Source: an uncultured Bacilli bacterium (GTDB lineage Bacteria; Bacillota_I; Bacilli_A; RF39; UBA660). From it: a stretch of 64,000 bases of DNA. The position numbers and the translations under genes were made by a program. The notes beneath the pieces are model-generated. The model searched no databases. It was not told where the DNA came from and worked only from the letters and a program-made list of their open reading frames with translations. The stretch is from the NCBI GenBank assembly GCA_947581835.1, contig CANPVV010000002.1, positions 3,842-67,841 on the forward strand, written 5' to 3'. Shown one piece after another: positions 1 through 9,534 of the stretch (position 1 is the first letter of the stretch; each line of letters opens with the position of its first letter).

Positions 1-2659
1 CATAAAATTGTGTATAAACCAGTTGAATATTAACATTACCAGTTGTACTACCTACATAAACATTTAAAGTATCTCCTGGTCTTGCTACAATTCCTAAAGG
101 TTGATAATCATTTATTGTCATAGCGAATTTCAAATGTCCATTATAACTATTTGAAATATTTGGATTTACAAGTATTACATCATTTAAATTTTTATCATCT
201 AATATTTTTTCTGCATAATCTAAATCATTTAATACGCTTTCCCGATAAGGAGAATATTCTCCATTATTCTTCATATTAGCTCTATTTCTTAAATCAGTAA
301 TAGTATCTATTGTAACTCCTTCTGCTAATTCTACTCTTAAATCATCAACAAACAATTTAGCAACATCATCCACTAAAGAATCATAATTATAAAACTTAAC
401 TTCATCAATCTGAATTAAACCACCATTATTTACTACTGTTAAACCAAATTGAATTGTATCAGCCTCAATCGGATTCTCTAATTTAAGCACATAATATTTT
501 CTTCCATTTTCATCAGTTCTAGTTGATAATACACCATTTACAACTGACTTATTATCTTTTGTATGATTTTCTTGTTTATTCCAATAATACACCAAAGTAT
601 CATTATCTCCAGGATTATAAGATCCAGTTTTTAAACTATAAGGATAACTATCAGGAACTGTAATTACAAATTCATCCATTTTATAAGACTTATCTAACTC
701 AAAAATTGGATAACCAATATCATAATAATGAGAACCACTTTGCCATGAATTTAACTCCCAATAAGTTTGATAGTTATCATCATACATAGCATAATCTCCA
801 CCAATCATACTACCTTGATTATAAGTTACTTTCTTAATATGACTAGTTCTACCCATTGCACTATCAAAATCATTAATTAAATTATATTTTGGAGTTATAG
901 TTGCTGTCTCTTCTAAAGTTTTAACTTTAACTATTTGACTTTTATCTCCTTCTCCAAGTGGATTATTACCAGTAATATAAGCCTCATACTCAGTATTACC
1001 TTTTAGCCCTTTTAAAGTATATTTATTTGTTGAAATTTCATCAATTTTTATCCACTCTGAATCTCCTACCACATGATAATATATATTATAAGTAAGAGTA
1101 TCATCCATATCTTTCCAACTAAATTCAATTCCCCCATAAAGAGCTTTAGTATTTACCATATCTGGAGCCGGAGGTTTTCTCGTAGCTTGTGGAGTTGCTT
1201 TAACTTCTTCACTAAAACCACTTCGCCACTCTTGATTAACAGATTGCACTCTAATTGAATATTCTGTGTAATTTTCCAAATCTTCAATTGTAAAAGTTGT
1301 ATAAGTTGTTTGGAAAATTGTTCCTTTCATTTTTCCACCAGTAATTTCAATTTCATATCCTGTAACATTAGGAACACTATCAAAAGTTACTGTTAATTGT
1401 TCACTAACTGAACCATCTACTTTAACATGTTTTGGTGTATAAAAATTATCTGGTTCTTTAGTTTGAACTTTCACATTATTTAAAAATTCAACTTTGGCGA
1501 TTTCAGCTAAATTGTTTTCTCCTGTTTCAGTAACAATAATTGTTACTTTTTTAACAGCTACTTGTTTACCTAAATCAACTTTAATTGTTCCTTCTTGAGC
1601 CTCATCCGTAAATAAATGAATATCTGCAGGCACATTAGAATTATTAGAAACCTCTTTAGTAATAATTTCGCCATCTTCAGTTTCTATCTGAAGTTTCATT
1701 CCAACTGGTGCATTTTCCCCAACTGTAATTCTAACCTCACTCATTTGAATAGACTCATTATTACTTTCTCCACTTAAATCAATACCAAGTTCGATATCTT
1801 CTTCTCCATTTTGTTGTAATTTAACAACACCATCATCAGTAAATAAAGCACTAACACTTGCACTATCCTCGGCAATAACACCTTCATTAATATCAAATGA
1901 AATATTTTCAGCCTTAACAATTGCACTTGTATCTTCTACTTTAACCTCACCTTTAGTTGAATTAAGTGATGCGGTAACATAATTTAAATCAGCAATATCA
2001 ACAACACCATCTAAATTTAAATCATATTCTAAATTTTTTGATTCCAAATTATCACGTACTAAAACATAATCTTCCTCATCAACTACATTATCATTATTTA
2101 CATCACCAATCGCAAATAGTCCTGCCTCATCACTAAGCATTACTCTTTTTGAATAATCATCTAAAGTAATATCAACACTATAAGTAGCAAAATGTTTACC
2201 ACTAAATTCTAAGTTATAAGTTCCTTTATTAAGGTTATAAAGATTAATACTTATATAAACAACATTTTCACTATTATTTATTCCACTAAGTAAATGTCCA
2301 TCTTTATCTCTTTCACTAGCACTAATCTCTAAAGTTTGACTACCTAAATCTAAACTAGTTCGATAATAACCATCTGCAGGTTTATTAACCTCATTTAAAT
2401 TAATACTAGCACTATTTAAAGAATCATCCGAAATTTTAAAACTAATATCATTTCTCTCAACATTCCTTATCGGTAAAGCTAAATGTAATTCTACTTCTAT
2501 ATTACCTTTACTAACTATTTTATCCATGCTAACTTTTTCTAAGCTTTTCTCTTCTAAACTATCCGATGATAAAGCATAAACTAAATAAGGTGAAAAGTTA
2601 TCAACTAAAATAGCCATTACCAACAATAAAGATATTACTTTATTAATTATTTTATTCAT
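1..2659 (-). CDS. Large secreted multidomain surface protein (N-terminal signal peptide; dockerin-like Ca-binding repeat pair; two Fn3-like domains); C-terminus runs off window start
   Basis: Reverse-strand translation from ATG at 2659 with RBS GGAGGAGG upstream: MNKIINKVISLLLVMAILVDNFSP... continuous ORF to position 1. Segment GDVNNDNVVDEEDYVLVRDNL...LNLDGVVDIADLNYV resembles duplicated dockerin/EF-hand loops. Segments KHVKVDGSVSEQLTVTFDSVPNVTGYEIEI... and KPPAPDMVNTKALYGGIEFSWKD...TEYEAYITGNN resemble Fn3. Not in ORF track because there is no stop inside the window. Confidence 0.6.
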   Translation of the reverse strand, partial: MNKIINKVISLLLVMAILVDNFSPYLVYALSSDSLEEKSLEKVSMDKIVSKGNIEVELHLALPIRNVERNDISFKISDDSLNSASINLNEVNKPADGYYRTSLDLGSQTLEISASERDKDGHLLSGINNSENVVYISINLYNLNKGTYNLEFSGKHFATYSVDITLDDYSKRVMLSDEAGLFAIGDVNNDNVVDEEDYVLVRDNLESKNLEYDLNLDGVVDIADLNYVTASLNSTKGEVKVEDTSAIVKAENISFDINEGVIAEDSASVSALFTDDGVVKLQQNGEEDIELGIDLSGESNNESIQMSEVRITVGENAPVGMKLQIETEDGEIITKEVSNNSNVPADIHLFTDEAQEGTIKVDLGKQVAVKKVTIIVTETGENNLAEIAKVEFLNNVKVQTKEPDNFYTPKHVKVDGSVSEQLTVTFDSVPNVTGYEIEITGGKMKGTIFQTTYTTFTIEDLENYTEYSIRVQSVNQEWRSGFSEEVKATPQATRKPPAPDMVNTKALYGGIEFSWKDMDDTLTYNIYYHVVGDSEWIKIDEISTNKYTLKGLKGNTEYEAYITGNNPLGEGDKSQIVKVKTLEETATITPKYNLINDFDSAMGRTSHIKKVTYNQGSMIGGDYAMYDDNYQTYWELNSWQSGSHYYDIGYPIFELDKSYKMDEFVITVPDSYPYSLKTGSYNPGDNDTLVYYWNKQENHTKDNKSVVNGVLSTRTDENGRKYYVLKLENPIEADTIQFGLTVVNNGGLIQIDEVKFYNYDSLVDDVAKLFVDDLRVELAEGVTIDTITDLRNRANMKNNGEYSPYRESVLNDLDYAEKILDDKNLNDVILVNPNISNSYNGHLKFAMTINDYQPLGIVARPGDTLNVYVGSTTGNVNIQLVYTQFY

Positions 2660-3116
2660 ATTTCTTCCTCCTCCTTTTCTCAAATATTATATCAGTATTT
2701 TATTATTTTTGAAACAAAAAATTACCACTTTTACTATTTCTAAACAAAAATAATCAATCTCTAAAATTTTAATCAAATAAGTCTTCTCTATTTTTATAAA
2801 ATCTAACTTAAAATCTAATAAAATAATCTCAATATCAAATCTCTATAATTACAACACATTTACTTAATCTACCATCCCCAAAAGACACACTTCACCTATT
2901 ACTTCACCCATTATAATATGATTATCCAAATAAAAAGTGAAAACAACAATAAAATGTAAAAACAATATTTTTAAACTTTTAAAACCCCTCACCTAATTTA
3001 ACCCAAACAAAAAAAGTGCAAAATTCAATCACATTACACAATCAAATAACGCACTTTTATCTAAAAACTATTTTTTAATAAAAACAAACATTTCTAAAAT
3101 TTAATTTTAATTCAAA

Positions 3117-3830
3117 TTAAATCATATCTTCTCTTAATCTTTTAAATGCATATCCAACTGATGCTGCACTAACAACCATTAAACCAGCAAAAGTCATAAT
3201 GTTATCACCAGTTTTAGGTCCTTCTTCAAGAACATTATCTGGATTTAAAGCCTTATAAGTATCTTGATTCCATAAAACTGTATCAGTATCTTTAGCACTA
3301 AGTTCTATATTTGCTGGATTAATTAAAATAGTTACAATTTGATCATCAGTATCATCATTATTCCAGTCAAATATCCAAGAGTACTTAATCATTGTTCCTT
3401 CTTTAGTTGCTGATTTTAATATATCTTCTGTTACAGCCCCAAATACATTTATGTAATGATCATCACTTTCAGATTCACTCTTGGTACTATCTTGATTACT
3501 CCAAAAAGATTTTTCTGCTGATGATGGACCATTTTCATAGGTAGCTTGCTTTAAAGTAGCAATATCAATATCTTTAGGAGCCATTACTTTAACTCCAAGC
3601 CATGCGGCATCAATAGTTCTCCCAATTGTAGGATTTGCTGCCACAATTTTTAACTGAGCGGCATCAAAAGTAATAGTAACATTTTTACTTCCATTTCCCT
3701 CAATCTTAGGAGTTCCTCCTTTATAAGAATCACTATTGTTAAGTACTGATACATTTTCTAAAGTTAAAGCTTGAACCTGTGGTACCATAACTAAAAGAAA
3801 TAATGTTAAAACCAAAAATAACCTTTTCAT
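3117..3830 (-). CDS. Secreted surface protein with N-terminal signal peptide and C-terminal sorting-signal-like tail (GPKTG + hydrophobic stretch + KRLRE)
   Basis: ORF track. N-terminus MKRLFLVLTLFLLVMVPQVQA. C-terminus ...LEEGPKTGDNIMTFAGLMVVSAASVGYAFKRLREDMI resembles an xPxTG sortase cell-wall sorting signal. Confidence 0.5.
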   Translation of the reverse strand: MKRLFLVLTLFLLVMVPQVQALTLENVSVLNNSDSYKGGTPKIEGNGSKNVTITFDAAQLKIVAANPTIGRTIDAAWLGVKVMAPKDIDIATLKQATYENGPSSAEKSFWSNQDSTKSESESDDHYINVFGAVTEDILKSATKEGTMIKYSWIFDWNNDDTDDQIVTILINPANIELSAKDTDTVLWNQDTYKALNPDNVLEEGPKTGDNIMTFAGLMVVSAASVGYAFKRLREDMI

Positions 3831-4160
3831 CTTTCGCCTCCTTCACCAACTGAGATTGTCTTTCCATCTCCACTTTTATTATGCTAATATTTGACATTTA
3901 TATACATTTTTAAACAAATTATTCTTATTTTTATTAAAACTAAACTAAATACCAATTAAAACTTGTCCCTATAAAACCTTAAAATATTAAACTTTTAAAA
4001 AATAATACCAAAATCTTAAATAATAAAAAAGATAAACCCAACTATTCTAGGCTTATCCCAATAAATCTCTATCAACTATTTCCAAACAACTTTCATTCCC
4101 TATATCTAAAAATTTTTTAAACTGCCCTCCAAATAAAAACTATATACAACCTAACAATTT

Positions 4161-5477
4161 TTATTCTTCCTTATTTTCCTCCTTTTCCAAAGTATCTTTC
4201 CTTAATTTTTCTTCTTGAAACAACATTTTCATAGTTGGATTATTATAAGTTAATTTCTTAATAGTTAAATCTTCAACCTTATTATTAGCAAGTCTTAAAT
4301 TATCATCTGTCTTAAGTAAATGTTCCTTAGTTTTTTGCAAATGTTCAATAGTTTTATCTATTTCCTCAATAGCTTTTTTAAATCTTTCACTAGCAAGCTG
4401 ATAATTTCTATTAAATCCTTCTTTAAATACATTCATTTTTTCTTCAAAGTGGGTAATATCAACATTCTGATTTCTAACCAATTCTAACTGTTTTCGGTAC
4501 TCCAAAGACTTACTAGCCAAATTCCTTATCAACGTAATTAAAGGAATAAAAAACTGCGGCCTAATAACATACATTTTATCATAATAATGACTTACATCTA
4601 CAATTCCATCATTATAATAATCATTATTTGCCTCTAGCATTGAAACAAGTACTGCATACTCACAATTTTTCTCATTTCTATCTTTATTAAGTTCTTTTAA
4701 AAAGTCCTCATTTTTATGTTTAGAAAGTGTCTCATCTGCCTCATTTTTCATTTCAAACATAATTGATACAATTTCATTACCATCATCATCATAATCTCTA
4801 AAAATAAAATCCCCCTTAGAACCTTTACTCGCATCATTATCTTTTTCAAAATAAGCATTTTTAAATAAAGGTCGTAATCTATTAAATAAAATACTACAAT
4901 GCTGTTCTAAAGATTCTCCAATCATTTTAGTAGACTGTTTAGACTTAAAATCTTTATAATACGCTATCTGTTCATCTTTATCTTTAATCTTAAGCTCATA
5001 TGTTTCTTTTATTGATTTTTCTTTTAACTCAAATTCTTTATCTTTTAATTCTAACTCTCCATTTAAAGAATCAATTTTTTTATCTTTTTCCATAACTACT
5101 TGCTGCATTTTAAGCTTACTATTAGCCTCTTCTAACTCAATTTTCTTTTTTAAATCAGCAATTTCTAACATTTTTTTATTAATTTCTTCTTGATGCTCTT
5201 TTAAAAACTCAAGCTTTATCATTTCCTCTTTTGTTTTCAAATCTCCCTGTAGCTCTTTTATTTCCAAATCTTTCTTACTAATAGTCTCATTAAACTCATT
5301 TTGAAGATTAGCTATAGCAATTTTTACTGCATTTTCTTTATCCTTATTATATTGTTCTTCTCTTACTTTTAATTCCTTCTCAAACTCTTGATCTCTTAAT
5401 TCTTTAACAATTAAATCATAATCACTTTCTTTAATTTTAAATATTGTTCCACATTTTGGACATTTAATTTCATTCAT
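4161..5477 (-). CDS. DUF2130-family coiled-coil protein with N-terminal zinc-ribbon (CPKCG)
   Basis: N-terminus MNEIKCPKCGTIFKIKESDYDLIVKELRDQEFEKEL matches the DUF2130 N-terminal signature. Long K/E-rich coiled coil. Confidence 0.55.
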   Translation of the reverse strand: MNEIKCPKCGTIFKIKESDYDLIVKELRDQEFEKELKVREEQYNKDKENAVKIAIANLQNEFNETISKKDLEIKELQGDLKTKEEMIKLEFLKEHQEEINKKMLEIADLKKKIELEEANSKLKMQQVVMEKDKKIDSLNGELELKDKEFELKEKSIKETYELKIKDKDEQIAYYKDFKSKQSTKMIGESLEQHCSILFNRLRPLFKNAYFEKDNDASKGSKGDFIFRDYDDDGNEIVSIMFEMKNEADETLSKHKNEDFLKELNKDRNEKNCEYAVLVSMLEANNDYYNDGIVDVSHYYDKMYVIRPQFFIPLITLIRNLASKSLEYRKQLELVRNQNVDITHFEEKMNVFKEGFNRNYQLASERFKKAIEEIDKTIEHLQKTKEHLLKTDDNLRLANNKVEDLTIKKLTYNNPTMKMLFQEEKLRKDTLEKEENKEE

Positions 5478-5515
5478 TTCTCTTACTTTCTTCCTTTCTT
5501 AAAATATTCTCCAAC

Positions 5516-6412
5516 CTACTTTTTTCGTAAACAAATAACAAAAAAACCTTCATAATATCTATTTGGCTTAACTACCATTGCCCCTTTAATTTTTGACCTT
5601 AATTTTGGAATATCTTGAAATCTTTCTTCATCTATCGGTACCACTTCCAAATTAAATTCTTTCATACACTTTAAAATTATATCTTCATCTTCCCTTTTTA
5701 AAATCGAACAAGTTGCATAAACAAGTATCTGGTTATTCTTTATTATATTAAGAGCCTTTCTTAACAATATCTCCTGAATCTTCACACTTCTTTCTACAAG
5801 TTCCAAACTAAACTCATTAATACAACTACCATCTTCAATTTTTATGGTACCACTTCCACTACAAGGGGCATCTAAAAGTATCTTATCAAATATAAAACTT
5901 TCATTTAAATTTCGGGCATCTTCATTTAAAACACTAATCTTTTTAGCTCCTAATTTATCAATATTATACTTTAATCTTTCCCATCTAATCTTGTTTTTCT
6001 CTACTGCTGTAATCATAACTTTATTATTTCCAAATGCTGCCATTTGGGTAGTTTTACCACCTGGCGCCGCCGTCATATCCAAAATATTTTCGCCTTCTTT
6101 TGGATTTACAATTATAGCTGGTATCATAGAAGATAAACTCTGTAAATAAATTTCTCCCCTTTTATATATATCTAAATTTCTAATAAAATCCTCCCAAACA
6201 TTTAAAATAACCAAAGCATCACTATACCAACTTACCTCTTGAAACAAAACATTATTATTTTTTAACTCTCGTATAACCTCATCTTTACTAGTTTTCAAAG
6301 TATTAACTCTTAATGTTACATATCTCTTAACCCTTAGACCCTCAACTATCTCTTCAGTTTCACTAACCCCATAATCCTGTTCCAACAATTTTTTTAACTC
6401 TTCTATTTCCAT
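5516..6412 (-). CDS. SAM-dependent rRNA cytosine-C5 methyltransferase, RsmB/RsmF (NOL1/NOP2/Sun) family
   Basis: Motifs LDMTAAPGGKT (SAM binding), LLDAPCSGSGT and VYATCS (catalytic Cys motifs). Confidence 0.7.
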   Translation of the reverse strand: MEIEELKKLLEQDYGVSETEEIVEGLRVKRYVTLRVNTLKTSKDEVIRELKNNNVLFQEVSWYSDALVILNVWEDFIRNLDIYKRGEIYLQSLSSMIPAIIVNPKEGENILDMTAAPGGKTTQMAAFGNNKVMITAVEKNKIRWERLKYNIDKLGAKKISVLNEDARNLNESFIFDKILLDAPCSGSGTIKIEDGSCINEFSLELVERSVKIQEILLRKALNIIKNNQILVYATCSILKREDEDIILKCMKEFNLEVVPIDEERFQDIPKLRSKIKGAMVVKPNRYYEGFFVICLRKK

Positions 6413-6451
6413 TTTATCAACTCCACGAAAAAAGCACTAATTAAAGTACTT

Positions 6452-7066
6452 TTATTCATCTTCTAATTTAATAACAACTCTTCTATTAGGTTCTTCTCCA
6501 ATACTTTCAGTCCTAATTCCTTTAAAATCCGTCAAAATATTATGTACAATTCTTCTTTCATAAGAATTCATTGCATCCATTTCTACTGGCACTTTTGTTC
6601 TTTTAACCTCCCTTGCCAAATTTTTAGCCAATCTTTCTAACCTTTCAATCTGTCTATCCTTATAATCTTCCACATCTAATATAATCTTTGGCCCATTAAT
6701 GGGAGCTAAATTCTTTACAAACTGTCTTGCTAAAACTGTCAAAGCTTCCAAATTTTGCCCATTTTTACCTATAACAATTGGATTATTAGAAGTATACATT
6801 TTAAAAGTAGTAACATTTTCTTTAGTGCTAACTTCCATTGAAACTTCTATTCCCATACCTTTAACAATTTCTTTTAAATAATTCTCTAAATCAGTTAAAA
6901 TATCTACTTTTAAATATCCCAAACACTCATACTGTGTTCCTTTAAAAAGCCCACCTTTAATTTCTTCTAACTTATAAACTACTTCTTCATCACTAGCATT
7001 TAATTTAACAAGTACCCCATTTATTGCCTCTTCTTTTGTTTTTGCAACTACTTTTACTACATTCAT
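6452..7066 (-). CDS. khpB: Jag/KhpB RNA-binding protein (KH + R3H domains)
   Basis: Conserved position downstream of yidC. C-terminal R3H-like ...YERRIVHNILTDFKGIRTESIGEEPNRRVVI. Confidence 0.75.
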   Translation of the reverse strand: MNVVKVVAKTKEEAINGVLVKLNASDEEVVYKLEEIKGGLFKGTQYECLGYLKVDILTDLENYLKEIVKGMGIEVSMEVSTKENVTTFKMYTSNNPIVIGKNGQNLEALTVLARQFVKNLAPINGPKIILDVEDYKDRQIERLERLAKNLAREVKRTKVPVEMDAMNSYERRIVHNILTDFKGIRTESIGEEPNRRVVIKLEDE

Positions 7067-7086
7067 GACTACTTTCCTTTCTCTTA

Positions 7087-8085
7087 TTATCCCTTTTTCT
7101 CTTTCTTATTCTTTTTAGGTTTAATAACTATATCTTTATTTTCTTCTCTTTCATCTAACCATTTAAATAACCAATTTTGAATAACTACAAATCCATTTGT
7201 TGCTACCCAATAAAGAGCTATTGCTGTTGATAAATAAAGAGATGCCACCGATATCATAATAATCATAAACTTAAACATAAATTGCATTTGCTTATCAACC
7301 TCAGGATTACCTGAATTATTAGAAGACATTGCATTTTTAAATGATAAATAAGTTGTAAAAATAATTAACACAATAATTGCTATATAAGCCCATTCATGAT
7401 ATTCTAAAAGTCCTACAATCGGAGTTTTACCTAAAGTTAAACCAAAAAACTTATCCTCGAATATCGCTGGTGTTCTATTTATCGCTTGTAAAAAGGCAAA
7501 GAACAATGGAAGCTGAATGAAAGCAAGTAAACAACTACCAAAAGGACTAATATTATATTTCTTATAAACTAGCATCATTTCCTGTGATTTTTGAAGCATT
7601 GCCTCATTATCTGTTCTATTCTGATATTTTCTCTCAATTCTTGCTAATTCTGGTTGAGCTTTTTTCATATTTGAAGATTGTTTCATAGTCTTTCTTGATA
7701 CTGGAAGTAATATCAATCTAATAAGTAATCCTATAATTATAACTGAAAAACCAAAATTATTTAATAAATAACCTAATTTCAAAATAATAAACGCTAAAGG
7801 TTTAACAAATATACCTTCCCAAATCCCTGATGATTTATTACTATTTAATTTAAAATCTGCACACTTAGGCAATTTTTCATAATCAATCTTTGTTTGATCT
7901 TTATACTTGGTATATAATTCATCTAATTCTTTATCTTCCGGCTTACATAATATATCTCTTTGTAATACCTGTCCTGTTGCTTTATTTTCAACTGGCTGCT
8001 TATCTTCCATAATATAATTGCTATTCCCACAACCTGTTACCAACATAAATACTACCAGAAGTATACCAATTTTAATTTTTTTCAT
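7087..8085 (-). CDS. yidC: Membrane protein insertase YidC/Oxa1 (lipoprotein form, LVTGC lipobox)
   Basis: Signal/lipobox MKKIKIGILLVVFMLVTGCG. Multi-TM protein with a K-rich C-terminal tail. Conserved rpmH-rnpA-yidC-jag synteny. Confidence 0.8.
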   Translation of the reverse strand: MKKIKIGILLVVFMLVTGCGNSNYIMEDKQPVENKATGQVLQRDILCKPEDKELDELYTKYKDQTKIDYEKLPKCADFKLNSNKSSGIWEGIFVKPLAFIILKLGYLLNNFGFSVIIIGLLIRLILLPVSRKTMKQSSNMKKAQPELARIERKYQNRTDNEAMLQKSQEMMLVYKKYNISPFGSCLLAFIQLPLFFAFLQAINRTPAIFEDKFFGLTLGKTPIVGLLEYHEWAYIAIIVLIIFTTYLSFKNAMSSNNSGNPEVDKQMQFMFKFMIIMISVASLYLSTAIALYWVATNGFVVIQNWLFKWLDEREENKDIVIKPKKNKKEKKG

Positions 8086-8413
8086 GCTTTATTCCTTTCT
8101 CTAATAAATTTACTAACTCTTTTTCTTTTGTCTGAAAGTCTATTTTTAAAATATCCTTCCTTACCATTATAATATAATTCTTTCTATTTGAAAACAACTT
8201 TTTATTATTATCAATAATAACCCTAATCTGTCTTTTAAGTTTATTTCTTTCAACCGCATGACCAATACTTTTTGAAACCGCTATTCCAAATTTAGGAATA
8301 TCTCCTAAACTATCCTTATAATATATACTATAATATTTTGATTTTAAATACTTACCTTTATTAATTATTTCATTAAAATCTGTATTCTTTTTTACAATTT
8401 CGTATTTTTTCAA
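8072..8413 (-). CDS. rnpA: Ribonuclease P protein component
   Basis: 113-aa basic protein immediately downstream of rpmH. Overlaps the yidC start. Confidence 0.75.
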   Translation of the reverse strand: MKKYEIVKKNTDFNEIINKGKYLKSKYYSIYYKDSLGDIPKFGIAVSKSIGHAVERNKLKRQIRVIIDNNKKLFSNRKNYIIMVRKDILKIDFQTKEKELVNLLEKGIKHEKN

Positions 8414-8459
8414 ATCTGTTCACTTTACTTTCAAAAAAAATACCACTCTAAAAAAGTGG

Positions 8460-8582
8460 TTATCTAGCTAATACTTTACGACCTTTCTTACGTCTACGAC
8501 TTAATACATTAGATTCCTTTCGAGCAAAAAATCCATGTTTCTTAGCTTTTTTACGATTATTTGGTTGATATGTTCTCTTCAT
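8460..8582 (-). CDS. rpmH: 50S ribosomal protein L34
   Basis: Manual translation of the minus strand: [53 protein letters not shown]. Below the ORF-track length cutoff. Confidence 0.9.
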   Translation of the reverse strand: MKRTYQPNNRKKAKKHGFFARKESNVLSRRRKKGRKVLAR

Positions 8583-8689
8583 GAACTCCACCTCCTTAAA
8601 AATTTCAAGTATTTTAATTATAATATTTTATTTTCTAATAGTCAAGAAGTTTTACTCTTCTATTCCTAAAATAAAGCTTATTTACCTAT

Positions 8690-8998
8690 TTATTTAACTA
8701 TATTTGCTTTAAAAGTCTTATTATCAATCCAATATTTTAAATTTTCTAATACCTCATTTAACTTTAACTGTTTTAGTTTTATCTCAGCATCTATCACATG
8801 ATTATCACTTTTAACTGTTACCACGCGAAGTATTCTACCTAAAAACAATATTTTTTTACCATCAACTATTTCATGTCCCCCTAAATATTCCTGCATCAAA
8901 TAATTAAAAAAATCATATATTATAATAAAATATTGTGAACTTATTTTATTAACCATCAAATAAGCACTCAACCTTATTATATTATCACTATCCATCAA
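8690..8998 (-). CDS. Hypothetical 102-aa protein between rpmH and oriC; may be spurious
   Basis: ORF track only. Composition not low-complexity. No recognisable motif. Confidence 0.3.
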   Translation of the reverse strand: MMDSDNIIRLSAYLMVNKISSQYFIIIYDFFNYLMQEYLGGHEIVDGKKILFLGRILRVVTVKSDNHVIDAEIKLKQLKLNEVLENLKYWIDNKTFKANIVK

Positions 8999-8999
8999 A

Positions 9000-9534
9000 A
9001 CCCCTCCAACAATTTAATTATACTAAATTTTTCTCTAATTGTCAAAAAAGTTATCTCTAAAACCTAACACCAATACTTTACATAAAAACTGTTAACCAAA
9101 AAAGTTACTAACAATTTTTTGTGGATAATGTGTATAACTTTTTTAAAAACTATCTTATTAACAATGAGTAATTTCCAAAAACTTAACCTGGAATATCTTG
9201 TCAACACCTTTTTTTAAGTTTTTTGTTAATAATTAACCACTTATAAACAAATTACTAAAACCAATATTATAAGTAATAATCTAATCTAAACTCCAATTTT
9301 CTTAATTTATCAACACTTTCAACTTTTACTCTCTATTTTCCCATTGTTAATTGTGAATTACCCTTTGTTAGCAATTGTTTATAGTGTTAATATTTTTTAA
9401 ACTCCCATAATTACTAGGGTAATCGTGTGTATAACTCTAATTTTATCAACATTTTGATTTTTTTCCCATTTTTAGCTTTTCTTCTTCTAATTTTTGCGAT
9501 ACAATTACTATACAAAAACATTTAAGACTGCGGG
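9000..9534. promoter_or_regulatory. oriC: oriC part 1: AT-rich dnaA-upstream region with DnaA boxes
   Basis: Perfect TGTGGATAA (complement of TTATCCACA) at 9120-9128. TGTGTATAA at 9130-9138 and 9426-9434. TTATCAACA at 9307-9315 and 9443-9451. About 535 bp of non-coding DNA directly upstream of dnaA. Confidence 0.65.

Noticed and set aside
5844-6149. Antisense/shadow ORFs listed in the six-frame track (also 1073-1258, 6699-6881, 10954-11196, 16157-16348, 17001-17282, 17574-17759, 17814-18146, 19626-19835, 20121-20306, 20415-20612, 22055-22261, 29263-29460, 31881-32162, 33005-33190, 39938-40123, 43972-44181, 46049-46270, 57990-58196)
   Set aside because: Each lies fully inside a well-supported gene on the opposite strand, has low-complexity or hydrophobic composition typical of AT-rich antisense frames, and lacks an RBS.
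8690-8998. 102-aa ORF in the rpmH-dnaA spacer as a real gene
   Set aside because: Not rejected outright, but there is no motif or RBS support and it lies in the oriC neighbourhood. It is kept as a low-confidence feature only.
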